Below are positions 61,301 to 64,000 of a stretch of 64,000 nt of DNA, in pieces. The translations under genes and the position numbers were made by a program. The notes under the pieces were generated by a model, which was not told the DNA's origin, did not search any database, and saw only the letters and a list, made by a program, of their open reading frames with translations. Where the stretch lies: the NCBI GenBank assembly GCA_036172245.1, contig JAYWIR010000028.1:1984001-2048000 (forward strand). The letters run 5' to 3'. The stretch's first letter is position 1. Each line of letters opens with the position of its first letter. The stretch comes from Raillietiella orientalis. Lineage: Eukaryota.

Positions 61301-64000
61301 GTAAGCGTCATGTTACTGTGTATCACCAGAACACATCACGGTGAGCTACATATACTTTTATTAAGAAAATAAAACAAAAGGTAATGAAGGTATTTTTGAG
61401 AGAAAGCAAAACACCCGATGTAGAATTACTAACGCGAGATCAGTTTATCGTTATGTCTAAAATGCCTTTATAAAATAAGAAGAAAAATAGCTGCTTCCAA
61501 GGGGGACACTCTTCAAATCAATTTCAGGGTGCTAGAATTCATATTGGATGGCTTGCCAACTTGAGTTGTAATCAGAATTTAAATATCTTCCCATTTATTT
61601 TAGATTGTCAATTCCTTATTTTCTTACTTATTTCAATTTTGATATCTATTTTTGGTTAGTTTGTTCGTGATAACCATTCAAGATCGCTAAGTTTCTCAGT
61701 ATTGAGAACGGAGAATTAGAAACAAATTTCTTCTAGACTCTAGTTACGAATTTATTTTTGTTTAGAAGGATTAACTTTTTTTTTATTCATTAATATTTTA
61801 TTCACCCTCTTATGCATCTCCTAGCCTCAGTACTTATCGTGAGATCGGTGATTCATCCAAGGAGGCAACCAAACTTTTGAAAGAACACAGAGCAAGACCA
61901 GCGTACCGTCGACCTACTCTCTGTAACGTCCCAACCAATATAAGAATATGCTCGAAATAATACAATTAGTGTTTAAGATTACAGTAAAATAATCTTTTTG
62001 ATTTTTCAAAGACCAACAGCATTGAAGAATTGTAGAATAGTTTCAAAACTTCAGTGCCGGTTCTGCTGCATGTCTTGAGGAATAATTTCTAAGCACACTA
62101 TTAGACTTAAGTCGAGTAAAGTAATTTGAATAATGCCTATATTTCTACTTTTCATTTTGTTCAATTATTAGAATAGAACTAGGAGACATTTTTTGGCAAC
62201 GAACATCTGCATTTAGAAATGTCCTGCCGACCACAATTTTGAACCCAAAGAATGCTAGCTTCTTAAAATAAAAACTGTAATAGCGGATTCCTCTACTGAC
62301 CTTTTCCATAACATAGGTCATAATTGCCTCTTTATGTATATGAATGCCTCCTATTTCACTAGTCCCACTGTTAGGTGTTATTTTACTCCATGTGTTAGTC
62401 TTGTGGAGGGGGTTGATGGGAAAATGAATGAGATAGAAAAATAAGTTCATTTTGCCAAACAATATCGATATTCAGAAAACATAGGAGAAAAAACAGAGGG
62501 GAGGGAAAGAGATTGGAACTAGAAATAAAACCATGAGAATCAGTTAATCAGTTATTCCTCAATTGGATCAAATTGTCCAAAAATAAAGTACTCGGCTGAA
62601 AAAAGTACTTTTAAAAAAGCACTCGAGAGCCGCACCAAAAAACTCTGAAGGCTGCCATTTTTCTATGGCTGCACTAGAATATAACAATTACAAAATAAGG
62701 TTTCATGTTAAAAGTGAGAACTATAGTAAATGCACTGGAAGAAAAAAAAATCCTCTTCCCTTTCCTCCTCCAAAGGAGCGGATAATCTATTAAATCAAAT
62801 AGAAAAAGTTGCATCGAAACTTACAATAAACTCACAAATTCATCATAAATAAAAGTATTTAAACTGCTTTTATAGCTGCAAAATAAGGTAAATGGACAAT
62901 ATACCATGCGTAAACTACATTTACAAGCACATTGACCGGTTAGAAGCAATAAGGTATTTCTCACATCAGAACGCATCATCGGAACTTAGGATGTATTAAT
63001 TATGTATGGATTGTAAGTTTCCATATCGATTCCAATACTTTGAAATCTTTCACCTGTTACAGCTGAATTTTTATGAACGATAACGGCTCACAGGCTTTCT
63101 CGTGTAAAAGTGGTGATACTCTGAGAGCTTTTCAAGTTGAAAGCAAGGAATTTTTGCCCTTAATTCTATTTTTACTATAGGTAATGCTATAATATCGATT
63201 AAATAATGTGGTCATTGTGACATTAAAACAAATTGCATTTCTGTTTGCACGTGAAGTGGATCCGTTTGGAAAATTTGGCGAGTCGTTGTTATTTAGTCAA
63301 ACATTGAAGTATTCATTGGAAACAAATCCCAGACTACGAAGAGCCATGATGAGATCTTAACCATTGGGAAACAGTTGCCTGAAATAACCGTAGTTTATCG
63401 GGTTATTTTCAGCAGTAGAATTCTCTTTTGAAGGCAAATAGACCAAGCTATGTACGTTGTTTTCATGCCTTAATTGTTGAAGTCGCAAATTTTTCAAGGA
63501 AGAAATAAATCATTTGAAAGTTCAACATAGTAATAACTTATTTTGTAAACTTGGTAGTTGTTGGAACCAGAAGTATGTTATGGATTCTGAATGAGGCTGT
63601 AGGATAGTAATTTAAATATTGAAATATGTTAATCAGGTATAAATGTGCCTGTTTAGGGTCGAAAAGTATGTATTCTTTGATTCTCCGTGGTCTTTTACAA
63701 GTTTATTTACAATGAAGTAAAAATGTAATAAGATTTAAGGTTGGCAGGATGAAAATAATGGAATTATTAATAGCATTTTATCTTGAAATATCAGGGTTTG
63801 TCATTAAAAACTTGGGATCCTAAGCAGCACGTAAACAAGTGCATAGTTATCAAGAACTAAGACTGGACTCTACTAGGAACTTAATATTGCACATGGCAAG
63901 ATAATACTTAGATAAAAAATAATATAAAGGTTGTGTTGCATCACTATTCAGTTATCACCATGACCTGAAGAAAGCTATCTTTCGTCAGATATATTATAAA

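Noticed and set aside
1..64000. Prokaryotic systems (CRISPR arrays, operons, defence islands)
   Set aside because: No regularly spaced repeats or operon-like gene packing; spliced genes and snRNA sequence show the DNA is eukaryotic.

Overview
Eukaryotic (probably invertebrate animal) genomic DNA, so most of the six-frame ORF track is spurious. Two spliced genes can be reconstructed by eye: a TMCO4/DUF726 lipase-like gene (+, 9 coding exons, 25043-36881, ~547 aa) and nibrin/NBS1 (-, 8 coding exons, 58957-56581, ~692 aa, all introns 38-50 nt). The first ~49 kb is GC-rich and filled with decayed L1/Tx1-like LINE fragments and tRNA-derived SINE-like repeats. After ~49.3 kb the sequence is AT-rich, with possible Penelope, DIRS and mariner relics. 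The most striking feature is at 48871-48737 (-): the first 35 nt of U2 snRNA are fused, with a 3-nt overlap, to a nearly full-length variant U6 snRNA. This U6 has a covaried 5' stem, ACAGAGA changed to GCGGAGA and no oligo-T terminator, and it runs straight into a decayed Tx1-like LINE. All family assignments come from motifs recalled from memory; no database searches were run.
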